Of a stretch of DNA of 64,000 nt, positions 38,202 to 48,515 are shown piece by piece. Numbering within the stretch: the stretch's first letter is position 1; the number at the start of each line of letters is the position of its first letter. Below the pieces are notes generated by a model that saw nothing but the letters and a program-made list of their open reading frames with translations, did no database searches and was not told the origin of the DNA. This DNA is from a bacterium. Its GTDB lineage: Bacteria > Electryoneota > JAOADG01. The position numbers were made by a program, and so were the translations under genes. The stretch covers positions 6,671 to 70,670 of the forward strand of contig JAOADG010000001.1 in NCBI GenBank assembly GCA_026417415.1, in the 5' to 3' direction.

Positions 38202-39622
38202 AGAAAGTAGTTATTTTGAAAATTGTATTTTGTTTCTGTTTATTAACCAGTTTTGGATGTATCAAGAAACAGTACATTAACAAAGAACAACCTTCTTCAG
38301 ATCTAGTCCAAGCAAAAGAGAATCAACATACAAACCCCATCGCACTTTCTTATGTGATGCAAGCTGCAATCGCTGAAGCATCAATGGATTTTTACAAAGC
38401 AATTGCCCTATATAAGACTGCCATTGACTATGATCCCCATTCATTGACAATCCTACAAGCATTGACGGAATTATACCTAAAAGTAAATGAACTATCACCG
38501 GCACGAATTCATATTATGCGCGCTTTAAAACTTGAACCGAATAATTTAAAAAGTTGGAAACTCTTTATAAATACGGTTTTGCTACAAAATGATTTTCAAA
38601 GTTTAAGTGCGATGTTAGATAGGTGGTCAAGAAATGAGGATTTAACAGAAGATCATTACCATTTATTAGTGGAAACTTATTCATTAATGGGAAACTTTAA
38701 AAAGGCTAGTGAACTTGTTTTTTTAACTGGTGAAAGATTAGGTTGGAATTATCTAAAGAAAGAAAAGTACGGCTCTTTACTATTTTTACTGAAAGACTAT
38801 AAACAAGCAAAAGAAATATTTCAAAAATGCATTCAAGAATATCCTAACGAACCTAATAGCTATTTTTTACTTGGGAAATTAGCATTAAATGAAAATGATA
38901 CACTTTATGCACTACGACTTTTTCAGAATTATATCAATCTCAAAAAGAATGATCCAATGGTTTGGTTAGAAATTATTGAAATCCATTACAATTTAGCAAA
39001 GGATGAAATTGCAGATTCTTTATTACAGAGTGCTTTGAACTATTTTCCAGATAACGTTTTTATTCTTAGTAGAGATGCAAAACGCTGGTTGCAAAGAAAA
39101 AATTATGAAAAAGCGATTGAACAAAGCCATAAAATTCTTCAAATCGATTCAACCTTTATCACATCTTACATAGATTTAGCTTTTATTTATCACGAGATAA
39201 ATGATTATGCGAATGCTGAAAAAATCTATGAAAAAGCTTATCAAATCGATTCGACTGATGCCCTATTGTTAAACAATTATGCTTATTTATTAGCAACTCA
39301 AAAGAGAAATTTAGAAAAAGCTTTAGTTATGGTCAATCAAGCTTTAGAAAGTGACTCCTTCAATGTAAGTTACATTGATACCAAAGCTTGGATTTTATTT
39401 CAGATGGGACAGTTTCACGACGCTTTACAAGAAATTGAAAAGATCATACATCAGATTTCTTTGTCGGATGAAGCTTTAAGTTATGAGATTTGGGATCATT
39501 ATGGAGATATTCTAGCAGCTTTAGAAAGAAAAGATGAAGCCATAAAAGCATGGTCTAGAGCACTTGAGTTAGCACCCGAAAACAATCAATTAAAAAATAA
39601 AATCAATCAAGTTGAGAAGTAG
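38198..39622 (+). CDS. TPR-repeat lipoprotein
   Basis: 474 aa. Signal plus lipobox CFCLLTSFGC. TPR units occur throughout (e.g. AFIYHEINDYANAEKIYEKAYQIDSTD). Confidence 0.6.
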   Translation: MKKVVILKIVFCFCLLTSFGCIKKQYINKEQPSSDLVQAKENQHTNPIALSYVMQAAIAEASMDFYKAIALYKTAIDYDPHSLTILQALTELYLKVNELSPARIHIMRALKLEPNNLKSWKLFINTVLLQNDFQSLSAMLDRWSRNEDLTEDHYHLLVETYSLMGNFKKASELVFLTGERLGWNYLKKEKYGSLLFLLKDYKQAKEIFQKCIQEYPNEPNSYFLLGKLALNENDTLYALRLFQNYINLKKNDPMVWLEIIEIHYNLAKDEIADSLLQSALNYFPDNVFILSRDAKRWLQRKNYEKAIEQSHKILQIDSTFITSYIDLAFIYHEINDYANAEKIYEKAYQIDSTDALLLNNYAYLLATQKRNLEKALVMVNQALESDSFNVSYIDTKAWILFQMGQFHDALQEIEKIIHQISLSDEALSYEIWDHYGDILAALERKDEAIKAWSRALELAPENNQLKNKINQVEK

Positions 39623-40567
39623 ATGAACTCAAAAAATAGTGTTCAATTGTCTGTTGTAATACCGTTCTATAACGAAGAAGGAACGATCATTGAGTTAAAA
39701 GAACGTGTCGCTGCTTCATTAAGTACTACGGGTCGTACCTTTGAAATTCTATTGATAGATGATGGTTCTACTGATAACTCGCTTCAACTTGCAAAAGAAT
39801 TAGCACTACAGGATTCGTATGTAAAAGTTTTTTCATTAAGAAGAAATATGGGAAAATCTGCAGCATTACAACTGGGATTTGAGCAAGCACAAGGGCAAAT
39901 CATTTTCACGATGGATGCAGATCTTCAAGATGATCCAGATGAATTGCCTAATCTTCTAAAGAAATTAGAAGAAGGATGGGATTTGGTTTCAGGTTGGAAA
40001 GTGAAACGAAAGGATCCAATCACAAAAACTATTCCATCAAAATTTTTCAATTGGGTAACTGGATGTGTTGCTGGGCTTAAACTGCACGATTTTAATTGTG
40101 GATTAAAGGTTTACCGTAGAGAAGTATTAGATGAACTTACAATATACGGTGAAATGCATCGCTTCATACCAGTGCTTGCACATCTGAGAGGGTTTAAAGT
40201 AACTGAAATCGCTGTTCAACATCATCCAAGAAAATGGGGAAAAACAAAATTTGGTTTATCTCGTTTCATTCATGGTTTTTTAGATTTAATCACTGTAATT
40301 TTTTTACAACGGTATAATAAAAGACCATCACATATCTTTGGAACGGTCGGTGTTACATTCGGTTTTACTGGGATAGTAATTGGTCTTTATTTGACATTCT
40401 TAAAAATCAAAGGCGAAGCGATTGGACATAGACCATTATTGTTATTTGCTACTTTATTAATCTTGGTAGGTGTACAATTGGTTTCGTTAGGATTGCTGGC
40501 TGAGATGATTACAGCATCAAAACAGCAAGAGAAATATCCTTTACGGAATTTGGATCGTGAAAAATGA
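39623..40567 (+). CDS. GT2 polyprenyl-phosphate glycosyltransferase (DPM1/ArnC/GtrB-like) with two C-terminal TM helices
   Basis: 314 aa. SVVIPFYNEE, LLIDDGSTDNS and TMDADLQDDPDELP (DxD), plus C-terminal TM helices, match ArnC/GtrB-type enzymes. Confidence 0.8.
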   Translation: MNSKNSVQLSVVIPFYNEEGTIIELKERVAASLSTTGRTFEILLIDDGSTDNSLQLAKELALQDSYVKVFSLRRNMGKSAALQLGFEQAQGQIIFTMDADLQDDPDELPNLLKKLEEGWDLVSGWKVKRKDPITKTIPSKFFNWVTGCVAGLKLHDFNCGLKVYRREVLDELTIYGEMHRFIPVLAHLRGFKVTEIAVQHHPRKWGKTKFGLSRFIHGFLDLITVIFLQRYNKRPSHIFGTVGVTFGFTGIVIGLYLTFLKIKGEAIGHRPLLLFATLLILVGVQLVSLGLLAEMITASKQQEKYPLRNLDREK

Positions 40568-41660
40568 TTGGTTGTTACTTGGTCCTAATTCTCCATATCG
40601 CGGAGGAATTGCTGCATTTAATGATGCAATCGCATTTGAAATCCAAAAAAAATACAATTTAACAATTTGGAATTACAAACATTTATATCCCTCTTTTCTT
40701 TTTCCCGGTTCTAGTCAATTTCGACCTGAAATCAATGCAAAAGAGTTAGGTCTCAGAATTTTACATTCAACCCATCCTCTTCAATGGGAATCTATCCGAA
40801 AACAGATTAGTAAAGATAAATATGAAGTAATTCTATTTCCGTATTGGCATCCCTTTTTTGCTCCAATGTTAATCCGAATACTACCTACCAATACAAAGAA
40901 TATTATGTTTGGTCATAACATTCTTCCACACGAAAGTTTTCCATTTTCTACTCAATTGACTAAAGCATTACTTAGAAAAGTAACTGGTGTGATTACTCTT
41001 GGAAAATCAGAGTTAAAGCAGTTACAAAAATTAGAGTATAAAGGCAAGATGGCATATCATCTATCTCCGATATATCCAGAGTATGTGGAAAGATTTCAAA
41101 AACCTATACCAACCATTGAACTGCCGATTGATAAACAGTATCGTAAAATTCTTTTTTTTGGTATTATTCGACCCTATAAGGGTTTAGAAGTTTTACTGAA
41201 AGCATTAGAAATGGAAAAACTCAATCATGTTGCTTTGATAATTGCTGGTGAAGCATATGGAAATTCTAAAGATTTATTGGAAAAAGTTGAAAAGTTCAAA
41301 GACCGTGTTTATTGGATTAATCGGTATATTTCTGATGATGAAGTACCTGCGATCATGCAACAAGCAGAATTAGTCATACTACCTTATTTACACGCTACGT
41401 CCACGGGTGTATTACCAATTGCTTACTGTGCAGGGAAACCAACAATTGTTACCAATGTAGGTGGATTACCAGAACTAGTTATTAAAGATTATACTGGTGA
41501 TATTGTGCCTCCTAATCATCCAGAAGCATTAGCGGATGCTATCTGCAAATGGCTAACAAATAACGAATTGATGCAACGAGCTCGACAGAAGATTCCAGAG
41601 TTATTAGCAACCATGACTTTTTCTGAATTATTAAGGACTATAGAACGTGAGTTATTATGA
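40557..41660 (+). CDS. Glycosyltransferase family 4 (group 1)
   Basis: 367 aa with a GT-B C-terminal domain (FFGIIRPYKGLEVLL ... TNVGGLPELVIKDYTGDIV). Confidence 0.7.
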   Translation: MKNDWLLLGPNSPYRGGIAAFNDAIAFEIQKKYNLTIWNYKHLYPSFLFPGSSQFRPEINAKELGLRILHSTHPLQWESIRKQISKDKYEVILFPYWHPFFAPMLIRILPTNTKNIMFGHNILPHESFPFSTQLTKALLRKVTGVITLGKSELKQLQKLEYKGKMAYHLSPIYPEYVERFQKPIPTIELPIDKQYRKILFFGIIRPYKGLEVLLKALEMEKLNHVALIIAGEAYGNSKDLLEKVEKFKDRVYWINRYISDDEVPAIMQQAELVILPYLHATSTGVLPIAYCAGKPTIVTNVGGLPELVIKDYTGDIVPPNHPEALADAICKWLTNNELMQRARQKIPELLATMTFSELLRTIERELL

Positions 41661-42592
41661 TCAATGGAATCGAAAAAAACCTTCCTATTTTGTCTGTAGT
41701 ACTGAATTGGAATGGTGAAAAGGTTTTAAAATTAACTCTTGATACTCTTTCACGGCAAACAGCAACCCCACATCATATCTTAGTGATTGATAATGCATCT
41801 ACAGATGATTCCGAAAAAATCGTTTTTCAATATCCAAATGCAACTTTATTCCAATTAAAAAAAAATGTGGGCTTTGCTAAAGGAAATAATGCTATTTTAA
41901 CGTTAAATGTGCAGTTACCCATTGATTGGAAAAATGGTTGGTTGTTTTTTTCAAATAATGATGTTGAATATAGTTCTACTTTATTAGAAGAATTGCGTAC
42001 AATTGCAGAAACTACAAGTTCTTTTGCAACATTAACGCCTTGGATTGCCTTTGGTGACAGAAAAGATTTATTATGGTATGGAGGTGCCAAAGTTATTCCA
42101 TTTATAGGTTATGTAGGTCATCGGTATTTGGGAAAGAACTATAAAAAGATAGAAGATTGTAGAACTGAAATTAGTGATTATGGAACAGGATGTTCGCTAT
42201 TTCTATCTGCCCAAGATTTCTTTGAAGTTGGTGGTTTTGATGATGGTTATCCACATTATTGTGAAGATTTAGATTTGTGTTATCGCCTTAAAAAGAAATT
42301 CAATAAAAATTCAATCGTCTATAGAAAAGTTCTTGCTTATCATTATGTTAGTTCAAGTATGAAAGGAAATCCAAAAAAGTACTTTTGGCGAACTGCGGCA
42401 TTAACAAGATTTTTTTGGAAATTGAACGGTAAATTGTTACCAATTCCTTTATTTTGTTTACTTTTGATTAGTTTACTATCCGGATGGTATAGGTGTGGAA
42501 CGAAAGGGATTATGCAAGCATACAAAGGATGGAAACTTGGAATGAAACTGAAAACAAATCCAATACCTTGGGAATCAATCAAAACTCTATGA
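41657..42592 (+). CDS. Glycosyltransferase family 2 (rhamnosyltransferase-like)
   Basis: 311 aa. LSVVLNWNGEK, VIDNASTDDS, a GFAKGNN motif and CEDLDLCYR match GT2 enzymes of the WbbL/rhamnosyltransferase type. Confidence 0.75.
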   Translation: MINGIEKNLPILSVVLNWNGEKVLKLTLDTLSRQTATPHHILVIDNASTDDSEKIVFQYPNATLFQLKKNVGFAKGNNAILTLNVQLPIDWKNGWLFFSNNDVEYSSTLLEELRTIAETTSSFATLTPWIAFGDRKDLLWYGGAKVIPFIGYVGHRYLGKNYKKIEDCRTEISDYGTGCSLFLSAQDFFEVGGFDDGYPHYCEDLDLCYRLKKKFNKNSIVYRKVLAYHYVSSSMKGNPKKYFWRTAALTRFFWKLNGKLLPIPLFCLLLISLLSGWYRCGTKGIMQAYKGWKLGMKLKTNPIPWESIKTL

Positions 42593-43389
42593 ATCCATTT
42601 GTTGACCGAGAAAATCCGAAAAAAGGAATCGGATGTTTAAATATTTTTCTACTCATTTTGTTTGCTATAGCGATTGTTCAATTCGCTTTCGTTGAAAGAT
42701 TAATAGGTCGTTACCTTGCAAAAACCAATTTTGATAGACCACTTGCTGGACAAGCTTGGACTAGTGGGGTCGAAAAAGAATTAGCTGCAGGAAAATCCTC
42801 GGTAGCAGAATTATCAGTGGGTGTACGTGGTGATTTAGCACAATGGTTAATTCGAGCACAACGTGGGAGACCATCTACTCTCACACTTTCAAGGTTTGGA
42901 GCTCAGTGGCAAAAAATACCCAATTATTTGACCACTGAGGTGATCCCGAGTTCAGAATGGCAAAATCTTGTAACCAATGATGTGATTGAACGCGTGCGTC
43001 CAACAATTATGAAAAAAAACATCACACTTACTTTTTTATCTTCAGACAATCGAGTAATTGCAAAGTACACCACTTCTGAAAACGTAATGAAAAGAATTGC
43101 TGAACATAATAAAACTTTAAATGATTCTATTCAAAAGGTAAGCGAGAATATTGAAATAATAACTCCTGAAAGGTGGAAATTGAAATGGAAAAATTTACCA
43201 CCCGAAATGAAACAGTTGTTATGGAACGTAATTCAAGAAGATATGATAATTCATAGACCTGTTGGAAAATACGGAATTATACCACTTGACAATACCTATT
43301 CCGTTTTATGGATAGAATTTTATCAGCCACAATTGATATGTATATCTTATGTTCTACCGATTCATATTTTAAATTACTTTTCTGAATAA
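42589..43389 (+). CDS. Membrane-anchored protein of unknown function
   Basis: Start moved to ATG 42589 (ATGA overlap with the GT2 stop). One N-terminal TM helix (CLNIFLLILFAIAIVQFAF) and a ~220-aa extracytoplasmic body. No family recognised. Confidence 0.35.
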   Translation: MNPFVDRENPKKGIGCLNIFLLILFAIAIVQFAFVERLIGRYLAKTNFDRPLAGQAWTSGVEKELAAGKSSVAELSVGVRGDLAQWLIRAQRGRPSTLTLSRFGAQWQKIPNYLTTEVIPSSEWQNLVTNDVIERVRPTIMKKNITLTFLSSDNRVIAKYTTSENVMKRIAEHNKTLNDSIQKVSENIEIITPERWKLKWKNLPPEMKQLLWNVIQEDMIIHRPVGKYGIIPLDNTYSVLWIEFYQPQLICISYVLPIHILNYFSE

Positions 43390-45345
43390 ATGAGAATGTA
43401 TAGAATCGCACGATTTATTCTCATTCTTTTATTAACTATCATTGTTGTAAGTTCTACGATTTTATTATTATTGATTACAAAGGATTTACCTCAACTTCCT
43501 AATGATTTAAATCAGCTAACTGCATTTTCTCCTACTGAATTTTATGATAGAAATGGGAAAAGATTAAGTTCATTAGACGGAAGAATTCCAGTAAGATTAG
43601 ATGAAATCTCTCCTAATTTTATTAAAGCAATTTTAGCAGTAGAAGATAAAAATTTTTTCATCCATGCAGGAATTGATAAAACAGCAATTCTTCGTGCTGC
43701 GGTTAATATGTTATTCTTGAATAAAAGAGTTCAAGGAGGATCCACCATTACACAACAATTGGTTAAAAATCTTTTTTTCAGTTTTGAAAGAACTCTAACC
43801 AGAAAAATTCGGGAGATGCTACTTGCGCTTCAAATTGAAAATTCATTTTCTAAAGAACAAATTTTAGAAAGTTACTGCAACTCAGTGTACTTTGGTTTAG
43901 GAGCATATGGTGTAGAAGCAGCCGCTCAAACTTATTTTAGCAAGCATGCGAAAGATCTTACTTTAGCAGAAGCTGCATTATTAGCGGGATTACCGAATGC
44001 ACCTTCAAGATTAAATCCTTTTAGAAATTATGATGCTGCCGAAGAAAGAATGATTTACATTTTGAATGAGATGGTTTCAGCCAAATTCATTTCTGAGAAC
44101 GAAGCACAAACTGCACTTAGCGATTCTATTCGATTAACACCAAATTATCCTGCTGCAACCGGTGCAGCGTATTTTCAAGATTATGTTATGGATCGTCTTG
44201 AAACCATTATTTCTACTGATTTATTGTATGCTGGTGGTTTAAGAATTTATACAACTCTTGATTTACAAGCACAATTTATTGCTCAAACTGTTTTAAGAAA
44301 CCATTTGATGCGTCTTGATTCTTTGGTGATTAAACCAAAGGAGATTCAGTATTCACCTGATGCTCCATTGCAGGGTGCTGTTGTAATCTTATCTTCTAAA
44401 ACCAATGAAATATTAGCATTGGTTGGTGGAAGAAATTATCAAGAAAGTCAGTTTAATCGAGCGACTTCAGCGAATCGTCCGCCTGGTTCAGCATTTAAGC
44501 CCTTTGTGTACTATACAGCGATGTTTCAAAATGGATTATTGCCTGATCATCCAGTCATTGACGCGGAAATTAGTGTTACTGTGGATGATACTGTTTGGAC
44601 TCCTCAAAATTATGATGGAAAATTTCATGGAGAAGTTCCATTAAAAAAAGCATTACAGTTATCACTAAATACAGTAGCAGTATCTTTAATACTAAGTACA
44701 TCACCTGAATCTGTAGTAGTAAATGCAAAACGAGCAGGGATCAAATCTACATTATTACCAACTTATTCTCTTTCTTTAGGAGCAACTGCGGTTTCACCAT
44801 TAGAACTTGCTGGTGCTTATGGAACAATTTGTAGATTAGGTGAACAAAGAGATGTAAATGGTATTCTGAAAATTATTGATCAAGATGGTCAAGAAATTTA
44901 TAGAGCATCATCTAAATCACAAATCGTATGGTCTCCACAAGTCACTTATATGTTAAGAGATATGATGCGTGGAGTAGTGGATGGAGGCACAGGATATACA
45001 ATTCGTAAAGCTGGTTTTTACGGTCCTGTTGCTGGAAAAACAGGTACTACAAACGATAATCGTGACGTGTGGTTTGTTGGTTTTTCACCAGATTACATTG
45101 TTGCTGTTTGGGTTGGATATGATGACAACCGTCAACTCATTGGGAGAAATAGGAAAGGATGGACTGGTGGTGAAATTTGTGGACCTATTTTTGCGGATAT
45201 TATGAAAGAATTATACAAAGACAAAAAACCTTCTTCATTTAATGAATTAAGCGGATTTCAAACGATTAAAATTCCTCCTTCTGAAAATGATACCGACTCA
45301 TTATCAATACTTGTGCCTATAGATTCATTAAAGACAAAAAACTGA
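43390..45345 (+). CDS. mrcA: Class A penicillin-binding protein (bifunctional transglycosylase/transpeptidase, PBP1A type)
   Basis: 651 aa. GT51 motifs (AVEDKNFFIHAGID, GGSTITQQLVKN, RKIREM) and transpeptidase motifs SAFKPF (SxxK), SLN (SxN), KTGTT. Confidence 0.9.
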   Translation: MRMYRIARFILILLLTIIVVSSTILLLLITKDLPQLPNDLNQLTAFSPTEFYDRNGKRLSSLDGRIPVRLDEISPNFIKAILAVEDKNFFIHAGIDKTAILRAAVNMLFLNKRVQGGSTITQQLVKNLFFSFERTLTRKIREMLLALQIENSFSKEQILESYCNSVYFGLGAYGVEAAAQTYFSKHAKDLTLAEAALLAGLPNAPSRLNPFRNYDAAEERMIYILNEMVSAKFISENEAQTALSDSIRLTPNYPAATGAAYFQDYVMDRLETIISTDLLYAGGLRIYTTLDLQAQFIAQTVLRNHLMRLDSLVIKPKEIQYSPDAPLQGAVVILSSKTNEILALVGGRNYQESQFNRATSANRPPGSAFKPFVYYTAMFQNGLLPDHPVIDAEISVTVDDTVWTPQNYDGKFHGEVPLKKALQLSLNTVAVSLILSTSPESVVVNAKRAGIKSTLLPTYSLSLGATAVSPLELAGAYGTICRLGEQRDVNGILKIIDQDGQEIYRASSKSQIVWSPQVTYMLRDMMRGVVDGGTGYTIRKAGFYGPVAGKTGTTNDNRDVWFVGFSPDYIVAVWVGYDDNRQLIGRNRKGWTGGEICGPIFADIMKELYKDKKPSSFNELSGFQTIKIPPSENDTDSLSILVPIDSLKTKN

Positions 45346-45346
45346 A

Positions 45347-47071
45347 ATGGTTTCATTAGTACACATTGAAAGAAAAGTAATCAAGTTTTTAATTGGTTGG
45401 GTAATCGGTTTTGTTCTTAGCATTTTCTGTTTGCCGACTCAATTAGCATTTACAAAGTTTTCCTATTTCATAATTCTATTCTGTCTTGGTTTTGCATTAT
45501 CCTTTGAATGGATAGCAAATGTCACGTTTGGCTGGTTGATCCAACAAACAAAATTAAGAAGATTAAGAAGTGGAACATTTTTCCTTAAATGGTTGTGGGA
45601 AATATCTGAGTCAAACTTCTGGTCGGAGAATGTAAAAGAAAAATTTTGGAAATATTGGAAACAATCCGCCGAGTATTTAATCCAGAACACTACAAACCAT
45701 TCTGTTCACTGGCGTTTAGTATTGGATATTGAAAGACAAGCAAGAGAAACTCCACCAATACCTATCATTGAACCAGCCGTATCGGATGAAGTAATTATTG
45801 AGCAATTAGAAATACCATTAAACATAGAAACTAGTACAGAATCATTTCAAGAACAGGCAAAACCGTTCATACCTTCCCAAATCCAATTAGAAACTACTAC
45901 CTCTGAAACAGTTGAAGATCCATTGAGAAGCGAAAAAGTTCGTCAAGAAATTTACAATAGAGCTCTAATTTCGTACCGAATGAAAATGGCGCAAATGAAG
46001 GAAGAACAACCTAAACAAATAACAAAAGAAGAAACGAAAAAAATTCCAATTGAAGAAATTTTACCGCCATTACCGATTGTTGAAAAAACCTCTTCAACCA
46101 ATTTACAGCTTACTAAAGATGATGAAAACGAATTGGAAAAAAGTTCAACCATTTCCGTTGAAGACAGTGTTCCTTCAACGAATGTACAAGATATCGTAGA
46201 ATTACCTTCTATAACTTCTGATCAAATGCAACAATTACAACCTACAGAAAATTTAGAATTATCTTCCGAAGTTCAAGTGAAAGATGAATCTGTCCACTAT
46301 CATCCAGAAATTCCTCATTTACCAGAACATACATTTATTGAAACGCGAAAGAAAATCCAGTTTTATAAAATTACAGAAAAGATAATTGGAGTTTTAATTA
46401 TTGCCTTCCTTAAATTTTTTAAGTCCTTATTCAACCTACGGGAATTTATAAACTTCATAGTTAATCTATTTCGTGAATTGCCTAAACGAACTATTTCTGT
46501 ATTTTATTATGGTTCCACATTTTTCAAAAATTTAATCCAGTTTGGATCAGCATTCATCAATACCTTTCAACAAAGTATAATCGGATTAAAAAAGAAAAAA
46601 GTTACAATACGCTTACCAATTTTATATTACCTTTCTCTTATCATTGATTGGCTACGTGAAAACTTAGGTTTAATTACGATTAGTAGTATTGTTGTGATTT
46701 TAATTGGTATCATTGTTTTAACCACGATATCCGTCATTGAACTTGGTAAGCAAAAGGAAATCAAACCTTTGGTTGTAGAAACAATACCTGAAGCAACTAA
46801 AAATGTTCCTAAAGGAATACCGGGGCAAAGAATTGTAGTGGACATAGGCGAACAAGAATCGTTATCATCAGCAATGAAAAAAGTGGAACGTTTAAAGCAA
46901 GCGGGGTTTGCTGATGCAAGAATCTATTTAACTTTTGATCGAAAGGTGTACATTCACGTAGGAAATTGCCAAACCAAACAAGAAGCAAAAGAGTTAGGTT
47001 GGAAACTAATGAATCAAAATTTTACAAAATCGTTTACATTTCTTACATCTTCGGGACGTGAAATAGAATGA
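45347..47071 (+). CDS. Membrane protein with a long low-complexity linker and a C-terminal SPOR-like peptidoglycan-binding domain
   Basis: 574 aa. N-terminal and central TM helices with a Glu/Pro/Thr-rich spacer. The C-terminal IVVDIGEQESLSSAMKKVERLKQAGFADARIYLTFDRKVYIHVGNCQTKQEAKELGWKL fits the SPOR beta-alpha-beta-beta repeat pattern. Confidence 0.5.
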   Translation: MVSLVHIERKVIKFLIGWVIGFVLSIFCLPTQLAFTKFSYFIILFCLGFALSFEWIANVTFGWLIQQTKLRRLRSGTFFLKWLWEISESNFWSENVKEKFWKYWKQSAEYLIQNTTNHSVHWRLVLDIERQARETPPIPIIEPAVSDEVIIEQLEIPLNIETSTESFQEQAKPFIPSQIQLETTTSETVEDPLRSEKVRQEIYNRALISYRMKMAQMKEEQPKQITKEETKKIPIEEILPPLPIVEKTSSTNLQLTKDDENELEKSSTISVEDSVPSTNVQDIVELPSITSDQMQQLQPTENLELSSEVQVKDESVHYHPEIPHLPEHTFIETRKKIQFYKITEKIIGVLIIAFLKFFKSLFNLREFINFIVNLFRELPKRTISVFYYGSTFFKNLIQFGSAFINTFQQSIIGLKKKKVTIRLPILYYLSLIIDWLRENLGLITISSIVVILIGIIVLTTISVIELGKQKEIKPLVVETIPEATKNVPKGIPGQRIVVDIGEQESLSSAMKKVERLKQAGFADARIYLTFDRKVYIHVGNCQTKQEAKELGWKLMNQNFTKSFTFLTSSGREIE

Positions 47072-47742
47072 AGCGTTCAATCATAGCAAGTGAATATCTC
47101 ATTTGGAAATGGTTTTTGAACCATTTTCCTAAACCGTCAGAAATAAATGATGTGATTGAGACCAAACTTGATACCGAAGCACCTCTTCTATTAGCTTTTC
47201 AAGATTGTAATCATTTACCCAATGATGAGATAATTCGAGTAAAAATCGGAAGTTTCCCACAAATCGTTCAATTCATCACTCCAGGTGAATTAAAACCAAC
47301 CCAGTTTCTATTGACAAAAGAGAATCAAATTTCTTATTCTTTAACTGAAAGTCATACTTGTATAGTAACAGATTGTTCCTATCAAACAACGAACAATAAG
47401 TTAGTTACATTTGAAATAGGCTTTTGCGGTAATGCGGTATTAGGAATTCGGATTCTTACTGCTAAAATGATCAAAGATAAACTTGGATTTATTCCGGAAG
47501 CATTTTCTGCGGGAAAACTTCTTAATGCTAATCCGCATCAAGCAATCATCTTCCTACTTGGTAGTGGTGGAGCAGTTTGGTTAAAAGATGAAGGCAAAGG
47601 TGAGTACATTTCAATTCCGAAGACCTATACAAAAGAAAAGATTGCACTGGAACTTTCCTATGAATATCTAACCATGAATGTTTTTGTGAGTAACACTTTT
47701 CCAGCTAACAAGGTAATTCAAAATTGGCTAGAACACCTTTAA
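47068..47742 (+). CDS. Hypothetical cytoplasmic protein
   Basis: 224 aa with no signal peptide or TM helix and no motif recognised. Overlaps the upstream gene by 4 nt (ATGA) and the methyltransferase gene by 19 nt. Confidence 0.35.
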   Translation: MKRSIIASEYLIWKWFLNHFPKPSEINDVIETKLDTEAPLLLAFQDCNHLPNDEIIRVKIGSFPQIVQFITPGELKPTQFLLTKENQISYSLTESHTCIVTDCSYQTTNNKLVTFEIGFCGNAVLGIRILTAKMIKDKLGFIPEAFSAGKLLNANPHQAIIFLLGSGGAVWLKDEGKGEYISIPKTYTKEKIALELSYEYLTMNVFVSNTFPANKVIQNWLEHL

Positions 47743-48515
47743 TACCTGAAGATGTAAACCTTTCTTTACAACAAGAAGGAATACAAAAAAGCATCCTATA
47801 TGCAGGGGATAATCGTATACTGTTAAATGATTATTCTTTGTTCCCCGATGAATCAGTTGATTTAATCGTTACGGATCCCCCTTATGCAATTGGTTATCGT
47901 TCTAACCGAAGAACTGTATTACCTAAATTCAATCATATTCAACTTGATGATAACCGTGATTGGATAGAGGATTTTTGTAAAACCTCCTATCGTGTATTAA
48001 AACCAAATTCTCATTTTTATTGTTTTTGTCGATGGGATACCTATCCCTACTTTTTTGTTGCTTTACAATCTGTCGGCTTTCATATGAAAAGAACGCTGGT
48101 GTGGGTAAAAGACAATCATGGGAGTGGTGATTTAAGAGGGGATTATGCACCTCAAGATGAATGGATTATTTTTGCAGTAAAAGGTAGAAAAAATTTAATC
48201 GCTCCACGTATTTCCAATGTCATTGAAATTCCTAAGATATCTTCTTCAAAGTTAGTTCATCCGACTGAAAAACCAATTGATCTACTCAAAGTACTTATCT
48301 CAAAATCTACTATTCCACGTGAGTTTAGTAGTGAACCAGTTCCTCCTGCTACTATTCTTGATCCTTTCATGGGATCAGGTTCAACAGGAGTTGCTGCTAT
48401 TAAATTAGGGCATCAATTTATTGGTATCGAAATAGATGAAGAATATTTTGAAACTGCTTGCTTAAGATTACCTAACGCAACTCATAAAAATTGTACCAAT
48501 CTACAAATTGTCTAA
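47724..48515 (+). CDS. Site-specific DNA methyltransferase, beta-class N6-adenine/N4-cytosine family (N_methyl domain)
   Basis: 263 aa with a TTG start. The catalytic motif IV LIVTDPPY precedes the AdoMet motif I ILDPFMGSGSTGVAA (beta-class order), with HPTEKP in between. Confidence 0.8.
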   Translation: MARTPLIPEDVNLSLQQEGIQKSILYAGDNRILLNDYSLFPDESVDLIVTDPPYAIGYRSNRRTVLPKFNHIQLDDNRDWIEDFCKTSYRVLKPNSHFYCFCRWDTYPYFFVALQSVGFHMKRTLVWVKDNHGSGDLRGDYAPQDEWIIFAVKGRKNLIAPRISNVIEIPKISSSKLVHPTEKPIDLLKVLISKSTIPREFSSEPVPPATILDPFMGSGSTGVAAIKLGHQFIGIEIDEEYFETACLRLPNATHKNCTNLQIV

